A DNA stretch of 64,000 nt from positions 96,001 to 160,000 of the IMG/VR virus record IMGVR_UViG_3300027914_001163; one strand, given 5' to 3'. The notes beneath the pieces were generated by a model, which was given only the letters and a program-made list of their open reading frames with translations, did no database searches and had not been told where the DNA came from. Below, in pieces: positions 63,290-64,000 of this stretch (its first letter is position 1; every line of letters begins with the position of its first letter). The position numbers and the translations under genes were made by a program. Source of the DNA: a virus. Its lineage: Duplodnaviria; Caudoviricetes.

Positions 63290-63346
63290 AATATATCAAT
63301 AGTATGATAATTTGTCAACTCATTGTATTAAAATTCGTGCAAAAAA
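63290..63346 (-). promoter_or_regulatory. conserved sigma70-type phage promoter, copy 3
   Basis: Reverse strand TTTTTTGCACGAATTTT..AGTTGACAAATTATCATAC..TATATT (N17). Confidence 0.75.
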
Positions 63347-63559
63347 TTGCACACAAAATCATAAATATCATTTTGAATTATATTTTTGGCTTCATTTATT
63401 GAATAACTGTGCTTTGTTTTTATATTCGGTAAATGATATTTAATTTTCCAAATAACAACATCTATCCCTGATAAGGAAAGTTTAACTATGGTACACACTC
63501 TGATGTTACCGCAATACGCATGACATTCCGTTGCAGATTGATGTTGTAAACGCAACTCT

Positions 63560-63754
63560 TTAAGATTTGTCATTGGTAACATCCTTGAGAGGAACATCAA
63601 GACCCTTCTCGTTCTTCCCGGTCGTGCGTATCTTTTCTCCGCCACAACGGTCTGTGTTTAAATGAGGACAGCCATTGCACCCTTGAAGACCCATGAACTG
63701 AACGTTCCAACATTCAGCCGTGAGATCACCCTGCCTGATTGTTTTAACTTGCAT
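63560..63754 (-). CDS. small Cys-containing hypothetical protein
   Basis: AGGAG RBS; ECW..Q..G..C..C...CGG. Confidence 0.6.
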   Translation of the reverse strand: MQVKTIRQGDLTAECWNVQFMGLQGCNGCPHLNTDRCGGEKIRTTGKNEKGLDVPLKDVTNDKS

Positions 63755-64000
63755 GTTTATGCTCCTGTTCTAATTTCTTCATGCATTCTTCACACCATTC
63801 CGGCATAGTCGTGTGAAGGATGGCCAGACGAAGAGACGAATGAGAACATATGGTATGATGCTCCTCGCAGACTGTTGACCAAGGATTTTCATCGTCCAGG
63901 TCTGCTTGGGTATTATTATATACCGATATGGTCGTCCCTGTGATTCTGTTCTTGCGCTGTAAAACGCATCCCGAAAGATTGTTAAAAGAATACTGTTTTT

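Noticed and set aside
1-64000. Stop-codon reassignment, suggested by the release-factor homologue and the tRNA cluster
   Set aside because: Core genes are intact in the standard code, no suppressor anticodon is present, and the RF homologue lacks codon-reading domains.

Overview
A 64-kb piece of a large T4-superfamily (myovirus-like) phage genome, read in the standard genetic code. In order it carries: small early genes; eight tRNAs with an HNH endonuclease and a probable large structured ncRNA; an RNA-repair and ribosome-rescue module (GGQ release-factor homologue, RNA ligase, polynucleotide kinase-phosphatase); a ClpP-like protease; two sigma factors; a DNA end protector; primase, helicase and baseplate-hub proteins; terminase and portal; and the prohead protease-scaffold-major capsid operon. 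Two systems stand out. (1) A phage-encoded CRISPR-associated IscB at 25130-26982: a 4-repeat array (37-bp repeats, 33-34-bp spacers), a promoter, a 31-nt anti-repeat fused to an omegaRNA-type scaffold, then iscB. Two orphan copies of the repeat lie more than 20 kb away (1119 and 3648). (2) About 28 genes whose products begin with a T4 capsid-targeting-sequence-like leader (M-K-T-F-x-x-Y-L-E-A-V-H), including a five-unit apparent polyprotein, which suggests a greatly expanded set of protease-processed internal head proteins. All functional calls come from reading motifs by eye; no database searches were run.
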